A DNA stretch of 64,000 nucleotides from Eledone cirrhosa. Its lineage: Eukaryota. The translations under genes were made by a program, and so were the position numbers. The notes under the pieces are model-generated. The model ran no database searches. It was not told where the DNA came from and was given only the letters and a program-made list of their open reading frames with translations. Below are positions 53,298 to 64,000 of the stretch, in pieces. Numbering within the stretch: the first letter of the stretch is position 1; every line of letters begins with the position of its first letter. The stretch is from NCBI GenBank assembly GCA_964016885.1, contig OZ024758.1, positions 9,610,001-9,674,000 on the forward strand, read 5' to 3'.

Positions 53298-56230
53298 TTG
53301 ATTGCAGTCTCATACAAAAGAAGATGAAGTATTCCGAGAAGTGTCTTTAACCCTAGGTCAGTCCAAGACTTGTGAGTGAAACAGGATTGAGTGAAAAGTT
53401 CATAGGCTGACAATGACAGTGGTTGTGGTGGTGGTGGTGGTAGTGGTGACAGTGGTGGTAGTGGTGGTGGTGGTGGTAGTGGTGGTGGTAATAATTGATA
53501 GGAAGAAGAATGGTCACACCTGATAACTTGTAGAGATGATACTTTGGGGCTAGTTATTGTAAAGGTGATGCTGGGGGGGGGGGGGCAGTAGCTGTTGTGA
53601 GGTGGTGGTGGTGATAGGGGGGGGGGTTAGCAGTAGCTGTTGTGAGATGCTGGTGGTAATAGGGGGGTAGTAGCTGTTGTGAGGTGGTGGTGGTGGTGTT
53701 GATAGGGGAGGTTAGCAGTAGCTGTTGTGAGATGGTGGTGGTGATAGGGGGGGGGGGTAGTAGCTGTTGTGATGTGGTGGTGGTGGTGATAGGGGGTTAG
53801 CAGTAGCTGTTGTGAGATGGTGGTGGTGATAGGGGGGGTAGTAGCTGTTGTAAGGTGGTGGTGGTGATGTGATAATTTGTGTATTTTTCTGGCTGAAACC
53901 AAGAAATATGTGCAAATGCCATGCAGCACAGCAAGGGAAAATTGAAGATAAATAATTCAGTATTGACCAGCAAAGTATGGATTAACTGTTCCTCTGCATA
54001 AGGTGGATAATGTTGCTTGCCTCAGGCAACTTGGCTGACAACAGGTTTCACTCCACTCCACTTCAATTAAACTTTTGAGGTCATTAGTGGAAGAAATTAC
54101 ACTTTTAATGCCAAAATAGTGATGAGAGGCTGCTAGCAAGAGTTGTACTGGTATCCACAGATAAAGTCAATTCTTAATCAGAACCACTGATCTCTCAGAT
54201 TATCTGGGACTTCATCTCTCTTACATGTATCATTGCACTCTACAAAATGAACTGTGTGTTTTAGAGAGGTTCTTATATCCTTGACATAACTGAAGAGTCC
54301 TTTCTGCCCTGCCCTTTGTTTGGCAAGTTTTCTATAGCTGGATGCTTAGAATGTACTGTGCATGTCTTATCTAAATCTAACACTACATTATACAATAGGC
54401 CTTTCCTTCAGTTCCAACCAGGCCAAAACCGGCCCTGGTTCTATGAAATAAAACCATCCATTTTAAAGTTTCCAATTTAAAAATCAAATTTTCCAACATA
54501 ATTTTATATTAGAACCTTACAATAAGTTTTTGTCTTAGTAATGACAATAGTACCAGTGGCACCCCAACAACTAGCTGTACCAGTGGCACCCACCCCAACT
54601 ACTAGCTGTACCAGTGGCACCCCAACAACTGACTGTACCAGTGGCACCCCAACAACTGACTGTACCAGTTGCAGCAACATCACAGTGATAACTATCTTTC
54701 TAGCCTGTCTTGAGTCTGTATCAGTTTTATTAGTATTTCTAAAACCTACAAATTTACAGTAGGTATCACACATGTTATTACAAGGTGAGCAGAAAAACGG
54801 CTATAAACTATCCTTACAATTAAGTGGCAAAACCTTCCTTGTCCTAAATACTCAAATGTCAGCTGACTATTATTATAATGAAGAGACAGTTGGTTATATA
54901 TAATTTCATATTTTGTTGTTGTCATTGCTCTTGTCATGTCATCATGGCTGCTGTTTTAGTGACAGTTGGAGTTTGGTTGAAGTTGTATTTGTTTTTGTTG
55001 TTGCTATTGCTGTGGTTGTAGTTGTTGTTGCTGTGCTTGTTGTTGTTGTTGTTGTTGTTGTCATTTCTGTCTGCTGTTTCATTGTTGTCATTGCTCTTAT
55101 CATCATGAGGAGGGGGAGGGGGTGTTTATTTGTTGTTATTTTTGTTGACATTGTTCTTGTTGTCCTTGTTTTTGTCACCACTTCAGATCTGTCATTCATT
55201 AGCAGCTCTGGTAAGGAGGTTCAAGGCCATCATTATATTTTTATATGGTAATGGTGCTATTGTTGTGATTGTTTATGTATTATTTTTGTTTGTTATTTTG
55301 TTGTTTTTTTTGTTTTGGGTTTGTTTTTCTCTAAATCTTCACTTCCATTGTACCATTATGACAACAGAACTGTCCAGAGGGCAAATCTCTTGCTCCAGGC
55401 AGAATCAAAAGATTTACTCTCCACCTCAACCCTTTGTCCACCACTTAAAACTTTGTACTCAATCAGAGTGTTGACCTCAAAACAATTAACTACATAGTAA
55501 CAATATATTCTTTCAGCTCTGCTTACTAGTGCTTCCATGCTCTTCACAAGTCTGTCATACCTTCTATATGTTCCTTTGATATATTCTGTTGCTTTGTCTT
55601 AACAAGTGCCAGCTGTAGAGGCAGACAGTAACTTCTTAGAAGACTGACAGTACAACCTACTTTCAAATTCCCAAGTTATAATAACCATTTCACTTCATCT
55701 AGTTAACACCTTTGGTAAAGGCATGAACACCACAACATACAATTTCCTCCCATCCGAACGTCTATGGCAGTGTGCATGTGTAAGAAATTATTGTTATTAT
55801 TACTGTTATTTTATTACCCCCCCCCCCCCCCCCTCCCCCCCTTAGAGGTTGATGAAATACGTAGGTACCAGTGATGTATTAGGGTCAATCTAATATAGTC
55901 TATTTTTTATCATTCAGTTCAAAATCATTGTTGTTATTGTAAATGGCAGTTCGTGAGAGTTCAAATCCTACTACGGTCAACTTTACCTTTCATCCTTCCA
56001 GGCTCAATAAAATAAAATACCAGTAAAGAACTAGGGTCGATAGAATCCCCCCCCCCCCGCCCCAATTATTGATTTTGTGCTGCGAGGTTAACTTTGCCTT
56101 TCATCCTTACGGTAATTGCTGGCCTTGTGCCAAAAGTAGAAACAATTTATTATTTGCAGTTCAAATCCTGCCATGGTTAGCTTTACCTTTCATCCATCAG
56201 GGGCCAATAGAATAAAGTAGCAGTTAAGTA

Positions 56231-56412
56231 AGAGGGTGAGTTAAACAGTTAATAGGCTGACTATAAAGGAGTTATGCTAGAGCTGTGCAATTTTGCATGA
56301 ATACTGACTCTTCTTATTAATAACTGCATTGTTTCTTTCCAGGGACTATATTGAAAAATAAACATCATGAGAGTATCTTGGTTAGCCTATGAACTTCTCA
56401 GCCAACCCTTAT
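56231..56412. mobile_element. mariner-type MITE
   Basis: Same TIR family, decayed. Confidence 0.65.
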
Positions 56413-56949
56413 ACTGAGGTTGATGTAATCAATTTTGTCCTTCCTCAAATTGCTTGCCTTGTGTCAATTTTAGAAAAAAATTATTAATTGCAGTGGGCTG
56501 ATCACCGTGGTGATATAATATCAAAATAAATGCCTGGCAATTTCTGAGGTTTAATTTTCTAGAGTTCTCTGTTGGTTCTGAGTACAAATACTACTAAAGC
56601 TGATTTTTATCTTATATTTCTATTTTATGTTATTGTTTTTTTTAACCAGTTCCTAGTTTAATGGTTAAACCACTGGTTTACTGATAGAATAAATACCAGT
56701 AATTTATTGGTAGTTAATTCAATAAATTATAACTCTTTCACTACAAATACAAATTCCTGCATTGAGTTTAAGTAAGAGATCCTTATTAGTTTCTTATATT
56801 GATTTCTGTTATATACTAATATTGTTTGGGGAAAGGCAGCAGATGCAAGTTAAAAATAATGGAGTGAAACACAAGAATAAAGAAAAACAAAGAAGAGCAA
56901 CAATTTATACTTATATTTCATGTTATTTCGAGGTTAACTTCGGATCATA

Positions 56950-57190
56950 ATGCGGTGAGTTCGATTTTTGTTCCAGATTGTCTATTGTTTTCTTGAGCAA
57001 AACACTTCATTTCACATTGCTCCAGTATACTGAGTATTTTAGTACCAGCAATAGCTGAGGGTTTAACTCTGTAATGGACTGGCTGCCTGTCCAGGGGGAA
57101 GTCTTGTACTCTCAGTCACTTCAAGCTTTATAAACCAAGATAAACACTGGCCTGATGAGTCTCCAGGCTTGAGACATATTAGACTTAGAA
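56950..57190 (+). mobile_element. CORE-type SINE (tail type 1), 5' decayed
   Basis: Homologous to 982-1263. Confidence 0.7.
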
Positions 57191-57231
57191 TGTGTTAATG
57201 TACATTTCTTGATGCATGAATTTTTAATTAG

Positions 57232-57390
57232 AATTCTACTGCTCCCTGCATTGGAATTCTACTGCTCCCTGTATTAAGTTCTACTGCTCCCTGCATTAGA
57301 GTTCTAATGCTCCCTGCATTAAACATGTTCACACCCTGAATTAAACATGTTCACTCCCTGCATTAAACACGTTCACTCCCTGCACTAAAC
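57232..57390. repeat. ~22-bp minisatellite abutting the 3' splice site
   Basis: Repeated ctccctgcatta..; the last unit ends ~30 nt before the acceptor. Confidence 0.85.
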
Positions 57391-57420
57391 TGTTACACTT
57401 CTTGTTTTCTTTCTTTACAG

Positions 57421-57564
57421 GTGATACCAAAAGTGTCATCCATTGGGGAAGAACTCGCCTATCTAGAGAAAGACCGCTCAATTACCACTGACCCAACGGA
57501 GAGCAAAAAGAGACGTACAATAAAGTTAATACGAACAAATTCATCATGGGGTTTCACCTTACAG
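57421..57564 (+). CDS. Internal coding exon beginning a PDZ domain: VIPKVSSIGEELAYLEKDRSITTDPTESKKRRTIKLIRTNSSWGFTLQ (tamalin/GRASP/CYTIP-like)
   Basis: Long polypyrimidine tract ending TTTACAG, 144 nt open (phase 0/0), donor CAG|GTAAAT. RRTIKLIR..SWGFTLQ matches PDZ strand A plus the GLGF-type loop and, from recall, resembles the R-x-I/L-x-L/V...F/YGFxI/LQ start of GRASP/CYTIP PDZ domains. Confidence 0.85.
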
Positions 57565-57584
57565 GTAAATATATAGTTTTGGTG

Positions 57585-58071
57585 CTACGACAAAAAGCAG
57601 CCAGTCCACACTGTAAAGTGGTCATGTAGGTCTCACGATAAAAAGCAGCCAGTCTACACTGTAAAGTGGTCATGTAGGTGTCACAACAAAAAGCAGCCAT
57701 TCCACACTGTAAAGTGGTCATGTAGGTGTCACGATAAAAAGCAGCCAGTCCACACTGTAAAGTTGTCATGTAGGTGTCACAACAAAAAGCAGCCAGTCCA
57801 CACTATAAAGTGGTCATGTAGGTGTCACAACAAAAAGCAGCCAGTCCACACTGTAAAGTGGTCATGTAGGTGTCACGACAAAAAGCACCCAGCACACACT
57901 GTAATTGTGGTTGGCATTAGGAAGGGCATCCAACCATAGAAACCAAGCCCAAACCAGTTCTGTATGAGCAAGACATGCTCATCTGATCTAGCATGTCTCA
58001 CAATGGGACACCTCATCTAACTCATGCTAGCATGGAAAAATGGTTGTTAAACGATGATGATGATGATGATG
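57585..58071 (+). mobile_element. RTE 3'UTR with 48-bp tandem array (~6 units)
   Basis: Unit aaaaagcagccagtccacactgtaaagtggtcatgtaggtgtcacaac. A related array in the opposite orientation lies at 32808-33175. Confidence 0.8.
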
Positions 58072-58530
58072 TTCACCAGCATAAGCAAATGTGAATTATT
58101 TTGTCCAAGGTACACTATACCTGAAATAAAGTTCGAGTGGACATGGGTTTGCTCTTGATCAGAGCTAAACAACAATAACATATATAACCAGCAGAGCTGT
58201 TCATTATTTCAATATAGTAAGTGTGGGTTGGTAGTCTTTGGTGTGGGTTGGAGATGTCTTCTCTTGTGAAAATGGCTATAGCTTTCATTATGTAAGATCT
58301 CCTCATATTGCCTCAATTCGCCACATTTTGGGCACTTTTTTTTCATGGCACCCCCTGTTTGGGCTTTTAGAGGTTGGCGTGTCTGTTATAGGTACTTGAT
58401 TGGTCCTTCATTTGCTCTATCATAGTGTGAAGCCAAGTCAGTTTTGGTTGTTACCCAGAAATGCGACTAAAGGATTAAGTTCAATGTCCTATTCATTCTG
58501 TTAATATGCTGTTTTCCCAACAATATTCTA

Positions 58531-58712
58531 GGATTGGCAGTGTCGGTAGAGCGTCGGATGCCATGCTTTGACGCAGAGTTACGGCCCTTGCCATTCTGAG
58601 TTCAAATCCCGCCGAGGTTAACTTTGCCTTTCATCCTTACGGGGTCGATAAAATAAAGTACCAGTAATACACTAGGATAATTGCTGGCCTTGTGCCAAAA
58701 GTAGAAACAAAT
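58531..58712 (+). mobile_element. SINE family 2
   Basis: Near-identical to 35493-35678. Confidence 0.85.
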
Positions 58713-59574
58713 ATTCTATCACTCCTCAAACTGTTGTTTATCATAGTTTTATTTTTGTGTGTCATTTTAAAAAATATTAATACGAGGAAATTAATATTTC
58801 TAAAAAAATTGTTTTCTAATTTTCCCAAATAATGTAATTGCTTTTTCGTTTTTTTTTTGTTTTTTTTAGTATTTTTAGTTTTTTTAAACTTGAAATTTGA
58901 ATTAGTTATTATTAATATTAAAATTTTTAAATTCCTGCAACATTTTTCAAAGTATTTTGTTTGTCTGCATCAACAGAAAACATTGCCAGTAGATACCATC
59001 TGATGTTAAAAACTACATAGTATAATTTATATAAACTAGGTTAACATATTCGATTGGCTTCTGCACAGTTTCCATCTGCCAAATTCCACAATCCAACGAT
59101 AGGAGAATAACGTATCCTGTTTCCTACTTGCACAATGATGTTTCAAAAGTTTGACAACTACTATGGTATAACATGTGTAGGGTGGGTTTTAGAGGAAGAA
59201 CTTGTGATGATAGTGAACATACAAGTGTACATTATAGTATTCAATGGTTTCGTCTGAGGTCATATTGACCTTTGACTTTCAAACTGTTCAATGGCTGACC
59301 TTTGAATAGTTTAAGTATAGGTTAGAGTTGACCTTTACCTTTAATCCCTCTGAGGAGGTGAGTCAATGAAATCAGCAGCAGTCAAATAAACTGAAGCTGA
59401 TAAAATCAAGTGTAGCATCTCTTATTAGAAGTAACACTATTGAATTATTAAAGACTGGTTTGGAAGGGGAGGAAGATTTTATTATATTTTATTTCTGAAA
59501 TAGCATAGCATCTAGGTCTTCTTTTAAATATGGCTTTAAAGAAGAATAGGGGACATTGGTGTGGGGTAGGGTAT

Positions 59575-59835
59575 GTATGGTCCTGTAATTCCTCATGGAG
59601 TCATAGGGGCACTGTAGTGCCATACAGCATTTCTAGGGCATTTTAAGCCTGGCGGAGCCCATCTTCCCTTCATATCTGAACACAGCAGATTTCTTCCAGA
59701 GAAAGATAGAAAGTAAGAGAGAGGAAGTGGGAAAGAGATATAGAGGAAGAATCAGTCCCAGTACTAGACTGGGACTTTAATTATCGACCTCAAATGGATG
59801 AAATGCAAAGTTGACCGCGGTGGGATTTAAACTCA
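59575..59835 (-). mobile_element. SINE with family-2 body but a different 3' region (also 40900-41100 minus and 44010-44275 plus)
   Basis: Shared gcagatttcttccagaga..gatagaaag..gaaagagatata..ggaagaatc segment joined to the family-2 central domain. Confidence 0.6.
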
Positions 59836-60418
59836 GGTTATCTTAGACAAAATCCAAAAGTCTGTGAACGTAATGCCGTATGATGCTCATTTTACAGCCA
59901 AATTTACAAAAAGAAGAGAGAATCTTCTCCACAAGTTCACCATAATTATCAGCCTTATAGTTCCTAAGGAAATTTTTCCTTGATGATCATGTATACATCT
60001 CAATGTTGTCCAGTTAATCTTGGAAAAGCTGGTCTTTCATGAAATATCCAAAATGTAGTCTAAACTCCCAGAATCCAAGAATATATATAAGTGGTTGTGG
60101 AGGTGCCACGGCAAAAAAGCACCCAGCACTCACTGTAAATGAGGTTGGTGTTAGGAAGGGCATCCAGCTGTAGAAATCAAGCCAGAATCAGTTCCCGTCC
60201 CACCCTTGCAAGCAGGGAAAAAGCGGACGTAAAATGAAATGAAATGATGATTGTGTGTAACATGTTAGCATGGAAAAATGGACATTAAACAGTGATGATG
60301 ATGATACAGGGTGGTGCTAAAGTCACGCACCAGTAAAATAACATTTTGTCATAATATCTTCATATTTGTGATATAAAAGTTTTTCTTGTGATTAGGGTAG
60401 TGTATGACTTTTGCATTA

Positions 60419-60463
<45 letters not shown>

Positions 60464-60640
60464 GGAGAGGTGGTAGTGCATTATAAGCCTTCGCCCCCTC
60501 ACCAGATGTTCTTTAGTAGATTCAGTTGCCACCACTTTGAGGGCGACTGGCCGAGCAGCTAGTTGGTCAGTCGTCCTCTTTGTCTCTGTCTCTGATTTTT
60601 CGGACTCATGGTTTTTTACATATTCGTTTGTTATATTCGA

Positions 60641-60698
60641 ATACCTGATGATATCACCGGATTCATATGGAACCCGGTCATTGAAATGATCATAGTAT
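60641..60698 (+). ncRNA. Type I hammerhead ribozyme motif
   Basis: Stem I ATAC/GTAT; CTGATGA; stem II ACCGG.TTC/GAA.CCGGT with a weak base (U.U at the first pair); GAAA; palindrome ATGATCAT; AUA site after 60694; AATAAA follows immediately. Confidence 0.7.
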
Positions 60699-60826
60699 AA
60701 TAAACCTTTCAAGGATTTACACCAGTCCAGCCTCCTGTTATTTTATTTTATTTATATATATATATATATATAGATTTAACACTTCACTGCTCACAAGTGT
60801 TTTTTAAGCTTCATATCATGTCTCCC

Positions 60827-60897
60827 TATTTTATCTGATGAGAACGCAAATATCATCCCATGATGATATTTGTTTTTGAAATGCGCATAATAAAATA
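60827..60897 (+). ncRNA. Type I hammerhead ribozyme with intact core
   Basis: Stem I TATTTTAT/ATAAAATA (8 bp); CTGATGA 60835-60841; 16-bp stem II (GU pairs, one C.U mismatch, CCAT loop); GAAA 60878-60881; palindromic stem III ATGCGCAT; AUA cleavage site after 60889. Confidence 0.85.
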
Positions 60898-60927
60898 CAT
60901 GGAACTCTTTTAACCATCTTTTGATCT

Positions 60928-60976
<49 letters not shown>

Positions 60977-61286
60977 ATCAAAAGATGGTTAAAAGAGTTC
61001 CATGTATTTTCTTATGCGCATTTCAATATTATAGATATATATATACCCGCCACCACCCCTACACACCCCACACCCTTCCACCACCTGTTTACCCCCCTTT
61101 TAATTTCAGTATATTTTGATCATGCCTTTATTTTTAAATTTATCTCATTCCTTGTATTTTGATCATGCTTTATTTTTATTTTTATCTTTATCTTTTATTT
61201 TTTCATTCGCACCGTTTCCTTTCGCTATATGTCTCTCCACCACTCCCCTATACACCCTTTGAACTCTGTTCCCACACACTTCTCAC

Positions 61287-61314
61287 CTGAGGAAGGGCTT
61301 ATGCCCGAAACGTC
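61287..61314 (+). ncRNA. Minimal Penelope-type hammerhead core
   Basis: CTGAGGA-A-GGGC[TTAT]GCCC-GAAA-CG-TC, with AATAAA ~40 nt downstream. Stem I pairing is poor. Confidence 0.55.
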
Positions 61315-61887
61315 GCCCCCCACCAACACCCCACTCTCCAGAGCGTGAAATTAATAAACATTCGTTGTACTGCCTCTCTGTTTTGTCCCTGTTCAAATTT
61401 TTCCATTATATATATTTGTTCCCCAGTGTTATTTGCTCACTCAAAAGATTTCACTATTGTTTTGAACATCTGAAATCTAATCAGTTTCTTACCATATAAT
61501 TCTATTTCTAGACATATGGTATACGGCATAAGAAAAATAATGAAATTGAAATCACGACTTATGTAGATTATGTGGAGATTGACAAGCCTGCTTGGATTGC
61601 AGGGATGCGGCAAGGTGAGAAATGATAAAGTAGCAATTTCTTTAATTTCATCAACATAAGGATTATCTGCTCCTTCAAGGTGCAAAATATACATTATTAT
61701 AAAAGAAATCTATTTTTCTATTGTCTTTCTATGTCTGTCTATATCGATCTCTCTACCTATTTATTTCTCTCTCACACACTCTCTCTCACTCTCTCTCTCT
61801 CTCTTTCTTTCTCTCTCACTCTCTCTCTCTCTTTCTCACGCTTTCTCTCTCTCTATATATATATATCAGGAAAAAATTGAACTGTTA

Positions 61888-62222
61888 ACTTTATCAACCC
61901 AGTACATTACTGGTACTTTACTTTATCAACCCAGTACATTACTGGTACTTTACTTTATCAACCCAGTACATTACTGGTACTTTACTTTATCAATCCTGTA
62001 CATTACTGGTACTTTACTTTATCAATCCTGTACATTACTGGTACTTTACTTTATCAACCCAGTACATTACTGGTACTTTACTTTATCAACCCAGTACATT
62101 ACTGGTACTTTACTTTATCAACCCAGTACATTACTGGTACTTTACTTTATCAACCCAGTACATTACTGGTACTTTACTTTATCAACCCAGTACATTACTG
62201 GTACTTTACTTTTTCAATCCTG
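61888..62222. repeat. 31-bp minisatellite (~10 units) derived from the SINE family 2 body
   Basis: Unit actttatcaacccagtacattactggtactttt-like, continuing into the minus-strand SINE at 62222-62560. Confidence 0.92.
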
Positions 62223-62269
62223 TAAGGATGAAAGGTAAATCTAACCTCAGCGGGATTTGAATTCAGAAC

Positions 62270-62498
62270 TTAACCTTTTAGCATTTAAACCAGTCAAATC
62301 TGGCCAGAATTCTCTCACCCCTTTCTGTTCAAACTGGCTGTAACTGGTCAGTCATATTTATGTTAAGGTATTGTTCTCAAAATAAATAATATCAAAATCT
62401 CGTAGATTCGATATTATGTGAGATAATAATGTGAGGTAAAGCCTTTACCGCGAAAATACAATAGTAAATATAGATATTTGTAAATGGTAAAGGGTTAA
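62270..62498 (-). mobile_element. piggyBac-type MITE nested in a SINE
   Basis: Reverse-orientation copy with TTAA TSD; the SINE sequence resumes on both sides. Confidence 0.85.
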
Positions 62499-62754
62499 AG
62501 TGCCATAGTTCTATGTCACAAAGCAGATTGTTCGACGCTCTACCAACCCACCACCCTTAATAATACCATCTAAATAATGAAATAATTAATCATCTTATTA
62601 AATCTTTCCAAATTCTTTATCAATTCCAATAGAATTTCATTGTAAATATGGTGATAAAAGGCTCGATGTTGTGTCTACTTGATATGTCTATATATTTCCT
62701 TGTTATGTTCATCATAATCAACATTTTGATCATTATATGTAAATTACAAATAAT

Positions 62755-62945
62755 GGGCGGTGTATTGGCAGTATCGGTAGAGGGTCGGACGCCATGCTTT
62801 CCAGCATAGTTACGTCCCTTTGCGGTCTGAGTTCAAATCCCGCCGAGGTTGACTTTGCCTTTCATCCTCACGCGGTCGATAAAATAAAGTACCAGTAATG
62901 TTCTGGGGGTAATTGCTGGCCTTGTGCCAAAAGTAGAAACAATTA
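62755..62945 (+). mobile_element. SINE family 2
   Basis: Full-length copy with A/B boxes. Confidence 0.85.
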
Positions 62946-63285
62946 TATGTAAATTACAAACACAATGAAATGAGAAGACCAGTTTGTGTGTATGTACTCA
63001 GACAGTCATTATATATGCAAAATCATTCTCTCTCTCACACATACACCCCACTAACATTTACATATTCTCACACTACCACTAAACACATATATCATAGCAT
63101 GCATTGTTATGCAAATAGTTATATGTGTATATCTACACATCATTACACAGGTTCTGTTGAAACAAAGCAAAGATCAAACAATAGCTTCCCACTTTCCCAT
63201 AGGCATATTTTAAACACGCACATACATATAAATATTATCTATCTATCTATCCATCTATATATCTTGTGGCTAATAAAGAAATTTA

Positions 63286-63331
<46 letters not shown>

Positions 63332-63468
63332 CTATGTATCTCTCTCTATATATACACACATATATACGCTCACACACACATATATTATCTATCTATCTAT
63401 CCATCTATATATCTTGTGGCTAATAAAGAAATTTATCCATCTATCTATATATATATATTATCTATATA

Positions 63469-63516
<48 letters not shown>

Positions 63517-63659
63517 TATATACGCTCACACACACATATATTATCTATCTATCTATCAGAATGGAAGTAGTAAAAACCAAAAAACCAGTTAGACCATTAC
63601 TCACCAAAGTACTCGATACTTGAAGTAGTAGATATATATATATATATATTATTTATCTA

Positions 63660-63700
<41 letters not shown>

Positions 63701-63922
63701 TTAAAAGATACTAATGGGAAAGTGGCAAGATTTTGTTTGCTCATTGCTCAAACAATAAATATATGTAAAGGTGCAAGCATGACTGTGTAGTTGAAAAGTT
63801 TGCTTTGGAGTCATGTGGTTTGTGTTTTCCACTAGAGTTATAGTCAACTAATGCCTTCCTTATAACATCACCCTTTTTTTAGTATATTTGTCCATGCCAG
63901 CATGGGTTTATAAATAAATACA

Positions 63923-63995
<73 letters not shown>

Positions 63996-64000
63996 TACTT

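Overview
AT-rich, repeat-dominated animal genomic DNA. The SINE/LINE repertoire and the dense (TA)n/(CA)n/(CAC)n tracts fit an octopod cephalopod (inference). Almost all listed ORFs are microsatellite or retroelement artefacts. Two short + strand exons missed by the ORF track (30899-31039 and 57421-57564; canonical GT/AG, phase 0) join into the N-terminus of a PDZ scaffold protein of the tamalin/GRASP-CYTIP type, which continues beyond the window. The rest comprises RTE-clade LINE fragments, two tRNA-derived SINE families with swappable tails, TTAA/piggyBac-type and mariner-type MITEs, non-autonomous Helitrons and many minisatellites that grew out of TE sequence. The most notable signal is a dispersed set of type I hammerhead ribozyme (HHR) motifs with palindromic stem III, typical of Penelope-like elements (PLEs), sitting in or beside (TA)n tracts. 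Three lie in tandem and in sense orientation in the PDZ gene intron (60641-61314). The two best-preserved HHRs are each followed by (TA)n and a near-perfect antisense copy of part of their own core. A ~270-bp inverted minisatellite pair (48666-49780) is a strong candidate dsRNA/ADAR substrate. All structures were read by eye; no folding or database searches were run.
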